Shown here: piece after piece, positions 10,616-23,229 of the stretch | Numbering within the stretch: the first letter of the stretch is position 1 | Layout of the letters: every line of letters starts with the position of its first letter | Origin: Octopus bimaculoides | Lineage: Eukaryota | Direction: 5' to 3' | Length of the DNA: 34,888 nucleotides | NCBI RefSeq assembly: GCF_001194135.2 | Contig: NC_068994.1 | Location: forward strand, 24,616,091-24,650,978 | Program-made: the position numbers and the translations under genes | The notes under the pieces: generated by a model | What the model was told of the DNA's origin: nothing | What the model saw: only the letters and a program-made list of their open reading frames with translations | Databases searched by the model: none

Positions 10616-11965
10616 CATATATGTACATATGCTGGAATGACAAAACAGAAAGCCCAAGGGAAATAACTACCCAGAAATATTGTCTACATGGAAAATAGTA
10701 ACTAATGTGGCAAACATTACAGCTTTAATTAATCAAAATGATATCTGTGTAGGGGAGTGGTGAACACTAAACAATATTTAAATTACCCAAAGTTAAGAGC
10801 AATAGCTAAAAAAAAAAAATTTTTTTTAAAGTTGATGCATGGAAATCTGAATTAATTCAAATTATGTTGCATCTCTAAACAAGAAACCTAATTCTGCTTG
10901 AGTGATTGACCTGCTGGCTCAAATCCTACTTCATCAGTGGAGGAAGTGCTGCCAGCTGTAAAAACAATTACTCCAGTAAAAACATTTCAACCATAATTAA
11001 ATGTAAAACAGAAATAAAATGAAAAAGTATTTGTGGAGGAGGATGAACTGGAGACACCATATGGTATTCATTGTTAGTTAAAGCCAGCAATTGAAACCAT
11101 GTGGTGCTCCCAAAAATAAAAAAAAATATCATAGTACAGCAATCTCCTGAAAGCTTCACTGTAATAGTGGGTGATGGATTTTGTAATGCAATACCTATTT
11201 TCCTATTTATAAAGTATGATAGTTTTCTATGATCTTTTTTTTAAAATCAAACTTCTATAACTAGGGTTTTTGTAATGTGGAGGATCTCTGTCATCAGATC
11301 ATTGCACTGCTTTTTTGTCACAATAAGAAATCACTTTGCCTTGATTTTAAAAACTATTGTTGACTTTAACATTCTCCTCTGAAGCATTGTAGGCATGTTG
11401 AATTAAGTATCCCAAATACAAAATTTCAACAAAATATTTTAAACTCAATGTTTCTGAGAAGATAGTCTAATGCAACATAAAAATACATAAACTGATTAAA
11501 AAGATAAAGTTAAAATCCTCAAACATTATTCCATCAATGTTATTAACTGAAAAAGTACAAAATTGTTTGATGCATATTTCAAACTGAGCAGTACCTGAAT
11601 GTTTAAACAAAAGTCTTCAACTTTTAACATTAAGAGTCACTTTGGAAACTCAGTAATTCCTCAGCCCTTTTTGACATTTCAGTTAGGTGCATTTTTCACT
11701 ATTTGTTTGCAGTAAATTATGTATTGTAGACATTTTGCTTAAGGCTTATTGCGTAATATATTCATTAACATTATGCATTTTATGAAATATTGCAAAAGTA
11801 GCCTTTTCAGAATTATGCCCTGACCCAACCTGGGCCAGGATTCATCAGTTGGAAAACACTGCCATAAAGTCTTTGTACTTGAAAAAATTTAGGTGAGAAG
11901 GAAATGTTTAGACCTAGAAATAAAATAAAATCAAAGATAGGGATTTTAAATGGTAGCAAACATAC

Positions 11966-12118
11966 CAGGTACTTGAATGGTTTTGTTGTTCACATTAGTT
12001 TTCATCCAAATAACATTTGGAACAGGATTTCCCATTACCTCACATGAGAGCACAACAATACCACCAGTTTTATTAGATGTGTGTTCAGGTCTACTTTTGA
12101 TAACAGCAGGAGAAGGAT
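11966..12118 (-). CDS. Internal coding exon, first half of an I-set Ig domain; resembles the C-terminal Ig of IGFBP7/IGFBP-rP1/KAZALD1-like proteins
   Basis: Acceptor tttattttttcttctAG and donor CTG|GTATGT. The exon is 153 nt, phase 1-1, and open: (x)PSPAVIKSRPEHTSNKTGGIVVLSCEVMGNPVPNVIWMKTNVNNKTIQVP(G/x), with the Ig B-strand Cys (LSCE..G.P.P) and C-strand Trp. The Ig call is firm; the family assignment is from recalled similarity only. Confidence 0.85.
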
Positions 12119-12289
12119 CTAGAAGAAAAAATAAATTTAGATGGTATGCATTACAGATACAGAAAACGTCACATTAATAAAGTTCAATTTACATAATATG
12201 TGTCTAGTAACAAATACAATATGCTTAAACCCTTTGATACAAATCCAACTTAAATAGTCTCTGATTATGATATAAAACTTCTCATTTTA

Positions 12290-12640
12290 AAGTGTTTATA
12301 TTAAAATTAGAACCTTCAATCAATATTTTATAAAAGAACCTTTTGGCTGTGCAAAATATGGCCACATGCGGTGCATCATGTCTAATCTCAGCCTTCCAAA
12401 ACACCTCATTATGCTCATCAAGCAGCTTTACATTCAGCAAGTAGTCAATGTAACAAAAGAAAGTTGTATGGTTGTGTGCTTTTTTACCATATCCACTTCT
12501 AAAGCCAATCTGTTCTTTAGCTATTTCTTGTTCAAGGAATGATTTCAAACATTCTAGGATGATGACCAAAAGTATTTTATGTGCATGTGGTATCAGAACA
12601 ATCATTCGATAATTCTCACACATAAGTAGGTCTTCCCTTT
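12290..12640 (-). mobile_element. Inverted 5' piece of an RTE-clade LINE (RT motifs 1-3)
   Basis: CENYRMIVLIPHAHKILLVII..LEQEIAKEQIGFRSGYG..FFCYIDY (ORF 12282-12623). Confidence 0.8.
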
Positions 12641-12694
12641 TGTGTATGAGTACATAGTCTGTTGTGCACCAGTTAGACAGCCACTTTTCCTCTC

Positions 12695-13570
12695 TTCAGA
12701 TCATCAAGGCTGTATTCTTTCTCCATGCTTGTTCAACATCTACACTGAGTGGATAATGTGAGAAACTATACAAGATGATTGCATATTTCTAATCTAAGGT
12801 ATGTAGATGATACTGTTCTACTTTCTAAGACTGAAGCCGGATTACAAGAAATGATAAATAGAGTTGAGAAGGTATCAAATGTGCATGGCCTTTATCTCAA
12901 TCATAAGAAAACAAAAGTCATAGTAGTAGGATAAGAGAAAGAAAATGTTAACATCAAACTGCACAGTGAGAGGCTCAAACAGGTTGAATTGCACAAATAT
13001 CTCGGATCCCAAATTTTTGATGAAGACATATGTAAAAAAGAAATTAGGACACAGTTAGCCATGACAAGAACGTCCATAGAAAAGCTTAATAACATCTGGA
13101 CCAGCAAAAGTGTCCCAACTAAGTTAAAAACAAGGCTAGAGCAAGAAATCATTTGGTCTATAGGCATTTTTAATTGCAAAGTATGGAACCTGGACAAATT
13201 TGAAGAGAATATAAACATTATGTTTGAAATGTGGGTACATAGGGGAATGTTACATGTCTCTTACAAGGACCATTGGACAAATGAATGGGTGTTACAAGCA
13301 GGTGAAAGATGACAACACCTGAACATGGTGAAAAAACAAAAGCTCATCTATTATAGCCATATTCAGAAAAAGAGAGGTCTGGAAAACATTATCATGGAAG
13401 CAAAAGTGGAGAGTGTTAAATTAAGTGACAGGCAAAGAATGCAATGGATGGACAACCTCACAAGCTGGTTGGACAAGAGTGGCAAGGCAGCTGGGGAACT
13501 TGCACTTAATCAAGAAGACTTACATTGTAATGTCATCAATGTGCTACAGGCATACAGTACATGACAACAA
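12695..13570 (+). mobile_element. RTE-clade LINE 3' piece (RT motifs 4-7 and C-terminus), degraded
   Basis: HQGCILSPCLFNIYTEWIM, NLRYVDDTVLLSKTEAGLQEMI, YLNHKKTKV, HKYLGSQI..CKKEIRTQLAM, KLIYYSHI..IIMEAKVE..RQRMQWMDNL. Confidence 0.88.
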
Positions 13571-15619
13571 ATATTTTACTAAATCCTCAGAATTTCCAAT
13601 TATTTTCAAAATTAATAGAAACACATCGGCAAGTGTTTCATACAAAATGCTGACATGGAAGGTTTAACACAATGAAAGTACCAAGTATTCTGTAACGTAA
13701 CGCAATAATGAATATACAATGTAATATACTATGAGGTGACAGCACTAAGCAGTGATGTGTATAAGTACAGACTTGTTACCAGTTCAAATATGCTTTAAGC
13801 ATATTCAAACCCATAAGAAAGCCATTCACTGTATTTCGTCAGGGAGAAAATTTCTTACTGTAAACAAATGGGTATAAATACACCAAATCAGCCCACAGCA
13901 CTACCTGACCAGACCATGGAATCCATGCATTTCAGAGTGGCTATCTCTGAACTGGTTATCTCTTCAGCCACAGAAACTGGACACAGTGGCACTGTTGTGA
14001 AATATATTTTAATATGTCAATAAATAGATGTGCTGTATTGTGATTCCAGTGTGACAAATGTGTCACATATATCGTTATAATAAAAACAGGCAAGTTCAAC
14101 ACCACAAGAACAGCAGACATGTTGGGGCACCATGATAATAACACACATATTCTAATGTTACAGAGATACGAAAATAGTAGTTAAATCATGTTAACAGCAG
14201 GTGCATTGTAATAGTAAGGGTAAATATGTAGTTCAACTACATCAGTAGCAGAGTTGATGTTTTAATATTGCAGTCATAGTAAGTCTTATAACATTATGAT
14301 AAAATATTTGAAACATTACTCATAATGGTCTTGTAACATTCAAATAAACTGTAACATCAATAACAGCTGGTATGATGCAAAACCCATTGTAACAGTACAT
14401 GCAACAATGTATCATTATTCATATTTTGTAGGATTATGTATATTCTATTACATCCTAATGCAAGCATAGATTCAATTGTAGCATGAAAATGACAGTAAAT
14501 AACTTGTTATACTATTGTAACTGTTGACAAGTTGTACCATCAGTTACAATAGATATTTTAGATAATAGTGAAAAATGTAATCTAGCAGTAGCAGTAGGTG
14601 CTAGTTGTAACACTATAACCAAGACAGTCTTCAAATGCTACAGTAACTGCAATTATGTACTACAATAAATATATATCACTTTAACAGTAGACAGATTCTA
14701 CACCATATTTACAAGAGGTAATGTAACAGCAGCTGTCTGGTTCTCGTCATCATAAAAAAGACAAGACCAAGCTTTCAACTACCTAATCTTACCTTCTTTA
14801 TATGGAATTAAGTGTTACATAAACTGTTTCAAAGAAAAGTCTCTGTCAAGCAATACTAATCCTAATATTGGACTAAAACGTCTATTACAAAAGTGATGAA
14901 CATTTCATTATAGTAGGTCGTAGATGACTGATGTCCAGCTTCAGGTTAGCCCTTTATTAAGTCCTGTCATCAAAAGTTATTCCTGCTATGACCATTCTGT
15001 CTTTTATTTTCAAACATAATCTGTCTAGGACTACATAATTTAATGTGTCCTTTCTTTTTCAAGGTGGGTGTAATTTAGATATATTTGGTTAATATTTCTG
15101 AAGAGCTAAGTGACCACATAGTATGCTTTCTTGGTTCATCTGCATGAATAATGATTAGTTCACAGATCTGCAATGCTGAGTTCATGGCCTCCGTACAGTA
15201 TAGTTACAGTTCATAATTCTATAACAGATACTGCTGTACATATTTAAAAAATAATAGTTGTACAACATTAGTAGTCACAGAAGGCTCTTTGTGGACTCAT
15301 TAGAGTGGTCAAAATTTCATGTCAGCTAGGTCTAAAGAGAACACAGAGTAAAGCATCAGTAGTGGTGCTTCCAGTATTTGTGCCAGCCGTTTGCATTCTG
15401 AGTGCAAATCCTTCTATGGCCTACACGAATAGTAAACATAATTTGTTGCTTGTTGCCCCTTGCAGAGTTCACATTGTTGCAAAAATTTCGGGACAGGTCT
15501 TAGCAAACAAAAAGTGTGCATGTGCTGACCGGTTTCAGATGCAACTGGAACCAGTCAAAGGGAGATAACTCCTCTCATCAAGAAGAGATATTGCTCAGTA
15601 GAATTTTGTTTACAGCACG

Positions 15620-15941
15620 CCTGACAAACTCGAATTACATTGCGGGCCACTCTAATCACAGAAAGTTTTTCAGGGCCACTTGTATACTTTATGCACTAAT
15701 AGTCAAATAATCAAATTACAGAATCAAGAATTTTTCATACTTTTTGTTTGTTTAAAATTGTAAAACTGTAGGCTATTGCTTTAATTGCAACTTGTAAATT
15801 TTAAATTTATTTTGAATCAAATGTACACAAACAATTTTATTTTGAAATTAAACACAATACTTCAAAGAAGTATCAAGTGGGCCACTAGATAAAAGTCTGC
15901 AGGTCGCATGCTGCCCGTGGGCCTCAGGCTGGTCAGTCCTG
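15620..15941 (-). mobile_element. hAT (Charlie-like) transposon end / MITE fragment
   Basis: Minus-strand terminus CAGGACTGACCAGCCTGAGGCCCACGGGCAGCATGCGACC resembles Charlie-type ends, with recurring gtggccc subterminal motifs at ~15645, ~15675 and ~15880. The second terminus was not located. Confidence 0.55.
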
Positions 15942-16082
15942 GTTTAGGGATTTTTTTTACAAGCCTGTAGAGTGGTTATATGCCACTGATGAGTTACCTA
16001 TACTGCTAAGAACTTTATAGGTGTGAAAGTAATCGTAACTTCCTAACTGGCCATAACTAACAAGTACATTAATATAGATAAC

Positions 16083-16430
<348 letters not shown>

Positions 16431-16456
16431 AACTGATATTGTTGTATTCCAGGATT

Positions 16457-16633
16457 GCCTTTAGTCAAGCAAATCAACCCCAGGACTTATTCTTTGTAAA
16501 CCTACTACTTATTCTATCAGTCTCTCTTGCCAAATTGCTAGATAACAGAGACGTAAACACACCAGCATCGGTTGTCAAGCCATGTTGGGGTGACAAACAC
16601 AGACACACAAACATATACATACATACATACATA

Positions 16634-16669
<36 letters not shown>

Positions 16670-16975
16670 AAATCTCTGACCCTCGGGGTCAGCCACATTT
16701 AAGTGGCAAATATACTTCACTATATATATNNNNNNNNNNNNNNNNNNNNNNNNNNNNNNNNNNNNNNNNNNNNNNNNNNNNNNNNNNNNNNNNNNATATA
16801 TATATATATATATATATATATATACGACAGGCTTTCAGTTTCCATCTACCAAATCCACTCACGAGGCTTTGATTGGCCCGAGGTTATAGTAGAAGACACT
16901 TGCCCAAGGTCCCACACAGTGGACTGAACCCGGAACCATGTGGTTGGTAAGCAAGCTACTTACCGCACAGCCACT
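16457..16975 (-). mobile_element. Cephalopod tRNA-derived SINE with intact head (N-gap inside)
   Basis: Minus-strand head AGTGGCTGTGCGGTAAG (A-box-like) and GGTTCCGGGTTCAGTCC (B-box-like); the body matches the other copies. Confidence 0.9.
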
Positions 16976-18017
16976 TTCTTTTTTTTTTTTGCCAAATAAA
17001 CACACACACTATATATATTCGTCCTTCACTTATTTATTACTGTTCTGATTCTACCTCATATCCATTGTCTGGAAATCTTTTGCTACACATCTGTAACCTC
17101 TTCAGCAACACTTTCCATCCTCATGTATGCTTCTGCTCTGCTTAGTCCATTCTTTTCTTTTATGATGTGTATCCTTATATGTGCATGCACTTGCATCAAT
17201 ATTTGTGTGTGTGCATGTGCATATGCAGATGTGTGCTTATGTGTGTATATATGGGCTTATGCTTTTATATTCTTGTTATCGTTGTCGTTCTTAGTAGCAC
17301 TAAGACCCTTCTCCATTGCCATTGCTGCTGCCCTTGACTCCAACTTTTGGTACCTCTCTGTGTTTGTGTGTTTGCCCATGCTGCTGCCATCATGGTAGTT
17401 GTTGTTGGTCACGTTGTTGATGTTGTGGCTACTTGTGAAGTTATTGTATGTGTGTTTGTGTGTGTATATGGGTTCACTTACTATGTTGTTTGTATCCGTG
17501 CCCTTTATACAGTTCTTTTATCTGTATTTCTTATATTTATCATAGGTATGTGCATATTAGTCTATTGTGTGTGTATTACTCTGCTTGTATCTGTTTTTTT
17601 CCTCCCTACTGTCTTTAATAATCATGTTGTGTGGTGTGGTGGTGGTGGTGGTGGTGATGGGTATTATTGTTCCATTCATATTTTCTGTTGAGGTTTGGTC
17701 TGTCTATTGCTATGTGTGTAGCCTCTGTAGTCTATAGTTCGGGTTTTAGACACAATACCCTATACTTCCGGTTTTAGACAGAACTACAAATCTAAATTGG
17801 TGTAGACAAAAATTCAGGGTCGATCACCAACCTGAGTGTGGAAACAGTGGTCGTCTGTTTGACCTCAGTAGAAGAAAGAGATATTCACATCAGCAAGGCA
17901 GCTTGCATCATCCATGGAACATACATTTTCTTATCTTCTCAAATAATAGCATCTGGCCTGTTACATTTGCACATGGTGAAAGTTTAGATAGGAATGTCGT
18001 GTGCATGCGTGTGCATG

Positions 18018-18019
<2 letters not shown>

Positions 18020-18084
<65 letters not shown>
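18020..18084. repeat. (GT)n microsatellite
   Basis: Directly visible. Confidence 0.95.
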
Positions 18085-18088
<4 letters not shown>

Positions 18089-18766
18089 GTAGATGGACAG
18101 ATTTGTAGATAGATAGACACAGTAAAGTAGAGAATCTGGGGTCAGAGACTGTCATGAAAGAGAAAAAGTAAGGTGACAAAAGAAAACTAAAGAAAACAGT
18201 AAAGCAGAGGAAGAAATAAAGTGTATAAAAAAAGGATGATAGACAGAAAAAAGACAGAATTGAGTGAGAAAGAGAAGTTTACAGAAGAATAAGAGACTTA
18301 AAGATAGAAAGTGTAATGGGGATGGAGAAAAAATAAAGACTGTGTCAAACTGAGAAACAAATTGAGATACCAAAGGGGAAATAAGAGACAGAAAGTATTG
18401 AGAGAGACTTGAGTGTGGTTGGCATTGGCTAGTTTCAAAGAACTGCAGATCTGTGAGTAGCCTTCCTGTTTGTTAGTCATACCAGATCTAATTAATTATA
18501 TAAAAGAAGGAAACAGCAAAAGTAATTCTAAGTTTTCAAGTATGAGAAAGGAAATATTTCATGCAGTGTTGAGGGTGAAGAAAGAGGAAGCTAAAGGTGG
18601 GGGAGAGCCATTCTGAGAATTTGTCTTTCTGTCTTTACGGGTTGATGACCTCGGTGATAAGGAGTATATAATTAGACACATATCATTCTACAGAGACAGA
18701 CATGTATACAAACATATTTATAGATAAATTTATACACACGCATACATATATGAATACACATATGTA

Positions 18767-19690
18767 CAGGGTGCGTAAGATATTTGAGGACAGATTTATG
18801 TTTATAAAAAAAAAACAGATATATAATAACAGATAATAATTTTATTTATCAAAAAATGTTATGAGGGTAAAATACACCTTCTTTTCTATAATTTTATTCA
18901 ATAAAGCCACCTTCAGCTTCAACAACTGATTCTATATGAGATTTAAATCATCTAGATGCTTGAATCAAGTGATCCTAGTTCATTTTGGACATTATTCTGA
19001 CTATGGCAGCTTTCAAAGAATCTTTGGTGTTATGGGTGTGTTCATTGACTTCTCTCTCAACAACACTCCACATATAATAGTCCAATGGATTGAGATCTGG
19101 GGAATTAGGAAGCCAAATGTTAGGGGTTATGTGATCATGAAAAATTTCAGCCATCCATTCCTGTGTTACTAGAGCGATGTGTGATAGTGCAGAGTCTTAC
19201 TGAAACACATGGCTTTCCATTGTCTACACTGTCTATCCAGGGCTTAACAATTATTTCCAGGACCTCAATATAGGAAAGAAGTAAGGAGGCATCACATGTC
19301 CTTCATTGCTGACAACTCCTAAAACCATGACAGTTGCAGGAAATTTTGTATGCATAACACTTGGAACTTCAGAAGGGTCTGCACATAACCATCTGTCATT
19401 TATGTCAACTTTTTGATTTTGGTCGAAGTTTTTCTCGTTTGAGAAAAACCAAATCAAATCTTCTAATATTGGATTTTTCAGTTTGTTTTAAGAGCCTTTT
19501 AGATCTGATGTAGTGATTTTCTTTTGTTTTTCTGACAAATTGACCTTTCCTTATCATATAAGACTTATATCTGATGTCTTTGTGGACAACATTTCTGACT
19601 GTTCCTTCTGACACATGGGGATCTTTTGCAATTGACCTCATATTTCAGTTGTATCAAAATGAGAAACACATTCTAAGCATTTAAACACTA
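18767..19690 (-). mobile_element. Tc1/mariner maT (DD37D-like) transposon, 3' part with TIR, degraded
   Basis: TA|CAGGGTGCGTAAGATATTTGAGGA terminus. Minus-strand FFSNEKNFDQNQKV..DRWLC..MHTKFPATVMVLGVVSNEG, Q*DSALSH, WLPNSPDLNPLDYYMWS, EAEGGFIE*. Confidence 0.9.
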
Positions 19691-19694
19691 TAAG

Positions 19695-20599
19695 GACACT
19701 CACCACAATTCATCCAACTGATTCAAAACATCAATGATAATCCCAGAAAATCAATGAGGACCGTTGCTAAAGTGTTGGAGTGGACTGTCAGAACTGTGGT
19801 GCACAAGGACATTGGATATAAGTTATATGTACTGAAAAAAGCCAATTTTTGTCTACAAAGACATGGGAAAACCACTTGAACAGTGCCAAGCAGTTACTTA
19901 ACAACATTAAAGACTTTCGTGAATATGGAATGCTTCACTTCTTCGCTAATGAGAAAAACTTTAATCAAGACAAAATCTAAGAGATGGTTACCTGCAGAAC
20001 CTACTGATAACCCCAGAATGATACACACTAAGTTTCTAGCGGTAAGTAATGAAGGCCATGACATGCCACATCACATCTTTCTGCTGCATGGCAGAATTCC
20101 TGCTGCTGGAAAGAGGTGCTTGAAAGTTGTTAAGCTCTGAATGGAAGAAGTACATAGTAGAAGACTATATATATTTCAACAGGACTCAACACCTCACGAA
20201 GCCCATGTTACCCAAGAATGGATGTCAGACAATCTTTATGATCATGTAATGCCAAATGTTGGACTCCAAATTCACCAGATTTAAGTTCCATCAACTACTA
20301 CACATGGAGCATTGTTCAAAGAGAGACTGATCAACATCTTCACAATACCATATCTTCACTGAAGGCCACCATTGTCCCAGTGATGTCAATAATGAATAAG
20401 GAGCATTTAGTGTAGGCATGACAACAATTCCAGTTCTGCCTTGAAGCAGTCAATGAAGCTGAAGATGGATTCATAGAATAAATTTCATAAGAAAGCTTAT
20501 ATAGAACATGTGCATAAATGTTTATTAAAATGTATTTGGCTTTTCCTAGATCAGTGTTTTAAATTATCACATATGCCCTCAAACACTTTCTGCACCCAG
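19695..20599 (+). mobile_element. Second maT (DD37D-like) copy of the same family in opposite orientation, 3' part with TIR
   Basis: NPRKSMRTVAK, HTKFLAVSNEGHDMPHHIF, FQQDSTPHEAHVTQEWMSDNLYDH, PNSPDLSSINYYTWS, EAEDGFIE*. The terminal ccctcaaacactttctgcacccag is the reverse complement of the TIR at 18767, with mismatches. Confidence 0.85.
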
Positions 20600-21128
20600 T
20601 CTATATGTTTGTGTATGTATGTTTTTCAATGTATGTATTTTTCATTGAAAAACTCATTTACTTTGACACACATACATCACTGCCAACACTGCACGGCTGC
20701 AGCTATTGCTACTGCTACCACCACCACCGTTATCACACTCATCATCATTGTCATTGACATTATCGTCATCCTTATTTCATACCCGTTTTTGAGTTTCATG
20801 ATGATCTGGTTAGATAGGTTTCACATCTCACCATTTCATGTGATCTGTTGTCAGCTGACACATAATGCAAAAAATTGATTCTTGCTGAGTATGTCATGCT
20901 TTTGGAGTAATTTTTACTGCTGGACGACCTGTATTTAACTAACCACTTCATAATGTGGACTATGTATTTTATCATGCCACTAGCATTAGAAAAATTATTT
21001 ATGTTTGGATCAAAGAGTCTTCCCTATGTCATAGCTTTTGGGTGATTTATATTCAGTGTCGCAGCATGGAGCTTGTGAATTTCACATCTCTTCTATCTCC
21101 TCTCCTCCCTTCTCACTCACTCTCTCTC

Positions 21129-21168
<40 letters not shown>

Positions 21169-21439
21169 TATATATAGAAGCATAAATACAAATATGTATG
21201 CATGTGTTTGTCTGCCTGTCTGCCTGTTTGTCTGTCTGTATGTATGTATCTATTTACGTATGCCATTCTGTATATCTTACTTAATGTGGATTTACTGTAG
21301 AAAGCCACACAGATGTTTTATTCATCTCAAGAGAGCATCTCATATAGATAGATATACAGTGTTAAAAATACACAGAAGATCAGTGCTTTTTAGCACTATA
21401 TATGCTTTCTCATGATGGATATTAACGTTATCTTTTATC

Positions 21440-21605
21440 TTTTACTTGATTTAGTCATTTGATTGTGGCCATGCTGGGACACCGCCTTGAAGGGTTTTAG
21501 TTGAACAAGTCAACCCTGGGACTCATTTCTTTTAAAGCCAGGTACTTATTCTATTGATCTCTTTTGCTGAGCTGCTAATTCACAGGGATGTAAACAAACC
21601 AAAGG
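21440..21605 (-). mobile_element. SINE 3' fragment
   Basis: tttacttgatttagtcatttgattgtggccatgctgggacaccgccttgaagg..tacttattctattgatctcttttgctga matches the SINE tail of the other copies. Confidence 0.8.
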
Positions 21606-22165
21606 AGTATCTGGACATCCTGAAGAGCTCTCTGTTAGCTTGGGTGGAGCAGAAGTTTGTGCTTATCCAGGATTCTGCACCATGTCATGGGTCAAAAGCA
21701 AGACAGTCCTTCTTTGGTGAGAACATGTCACTTTTTGTGAGGGCCAACATCTGGCCCCATAATAGCCCAGATCTCAACCATCTTGATTACTTTTTAAGGG
21801 GCATACTTCAAGCAAAGATCAATACTTCACTACACTCTAGTGTCAACAATTTGAAGACCTGCATGGTGTGTGTGACATGCAAAATCAAAAAGGCAGAAGT
21901 TGCAGCGGCTGCAAAAGAATTTTGTTCTCATATGGAGGCAGTAATTGCCCAAAAGGGCGGCCATATTGAGTGATAAAAGTGTAACTACTCAGCCACACAT
22001 CTTCATATATATTTTTTTTCTAGTTGGTCAGGAAACTAGGTTTAACTATTAACCTACTTTTCTTTCCAAGTACAATTTCAAGCCTCTATATTTCAACTAA
22101 TGTAACTATTTTCTCATTTTCATTTTCATTTGATAAGTCCACTAGGTTGAACAAAACTGGTTATA
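21600..22165 (+). mobile_element. Tc1/mariner (maT-like) transposase C-terminal fragment, different family
   Basis: ORF 21554-21973: FVLIQDSAPCHGSK..IWPHNSPDLNHLDYFLRGILQAK..HMEAVIAQKGGHIE*. The 3' boundary beyond the stop is uncertain. Confidence 0.8.
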
Positions 22166-22528
22166 TGTAAGTTAAAACGACTTAATATAGTTAAATGAAA
22201 TATTACAATTCTGTTTCTTTAATTTGTCTAAAATGATTACAATAGTTCTCTTAATATTATGCATCTTCACTCCTTTTTGTTCATATATCATTACATTTTC
22301 AGAAACTTCTAACCACTTTTCCCCACCTACCCACACACAAACTCACACCCACATGCACACACACACACACACCACACACACACACACGCGTGGTTAGATG
22401 TTTCTGAGCTGATTGTGTTATATAAACAAAAATGGGTTAAAATACACAATAATATCAAGAGGATTTTTGTAATCTCTTAGAGAAGTTATATATAAATATT
22501 ACTTACTTGGAGGCATATTATATATAAT

Positions 22529-22577
<49 letters not shown>

Positions 22578-23229
22578 AGACGTACAAAGTGTACGTACAT
22601 CACTATACTTTTATATATATATGTTATATCTGTTCCTGAATNNNNNNNNNNNNNNNNNNNNNNNNNNNNNNNNNNNNNNNNNNNNNNNNNNNNNNNNNNN
22701 NNNNNNNNNNNNNNNNNNNNNNNNNNNNNNNNNNNNNNNNNNNNNNNNNNNNNNNNNNNNNNNNNNNNNNNNNNNNNNNNNNNNNNNNNNNNNNNNNNNN
22801 NNNNNNNNNNNNNNNNNNNNNNNNNCATATATATATATATGTGTGTATGTATATATTAATATGTTCTATGAGCTTGTGATACAAGCCCATCTTACAAGAT
22901 ACCTTGAGATTAATGTGGTGATGAGCCGGAAGGAAAGGGCTGTTAACAGTAAAGGGGCTTGACTGGAACAGGAAGGGTGAGAGAGAAAGTGAGGGAAGGA
23001 AAACCAGGGGTCATCCTTTTTGGCCTTGGGTGCTCACAGCAAATGGATGTGAACCAAGCAGGCTGATAGGGATGGGTACTAGTGTCTGCTATTGTTAGGT
23101 GCACAAGCTGGGCACAAATTTTGGATTGAGTACAACTAAATGGCAAAACTACAAGAAGGTAGGTGAACTGTTTATTATTTCCCTGCATTACAATTCTCTC
23201 ACACAACTATTAATAACAACATTTGAGAT

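Noticed and set aside
13905-13991. 87-nt phase-1/1 candidate exon VPLCPVSVAEEITSSEIATLKCMDSMVWSG
   Set aside because: Weak donor (GTAGTG) and no recognisable Kazal or IGF-binding motif.
14100-14750. Cys/Thr-rich minus-strand stretches (TDGTTC, CYNGFC) as Kazal or EGF exons
   Set aside because: All frames are interrupted by stops, there are no consistent splice sites, and the sequence is degenerate GCT/ACT/GTT-rich low complexity.
15655-15690. SGPEK on the minus strand as the IGFBP7 GGPEK motif
   Set aside because: It lies upstream of the first-half exon (wrong order), sits within hAT subterminal gtggccc repeats, and has no following Ig strands.
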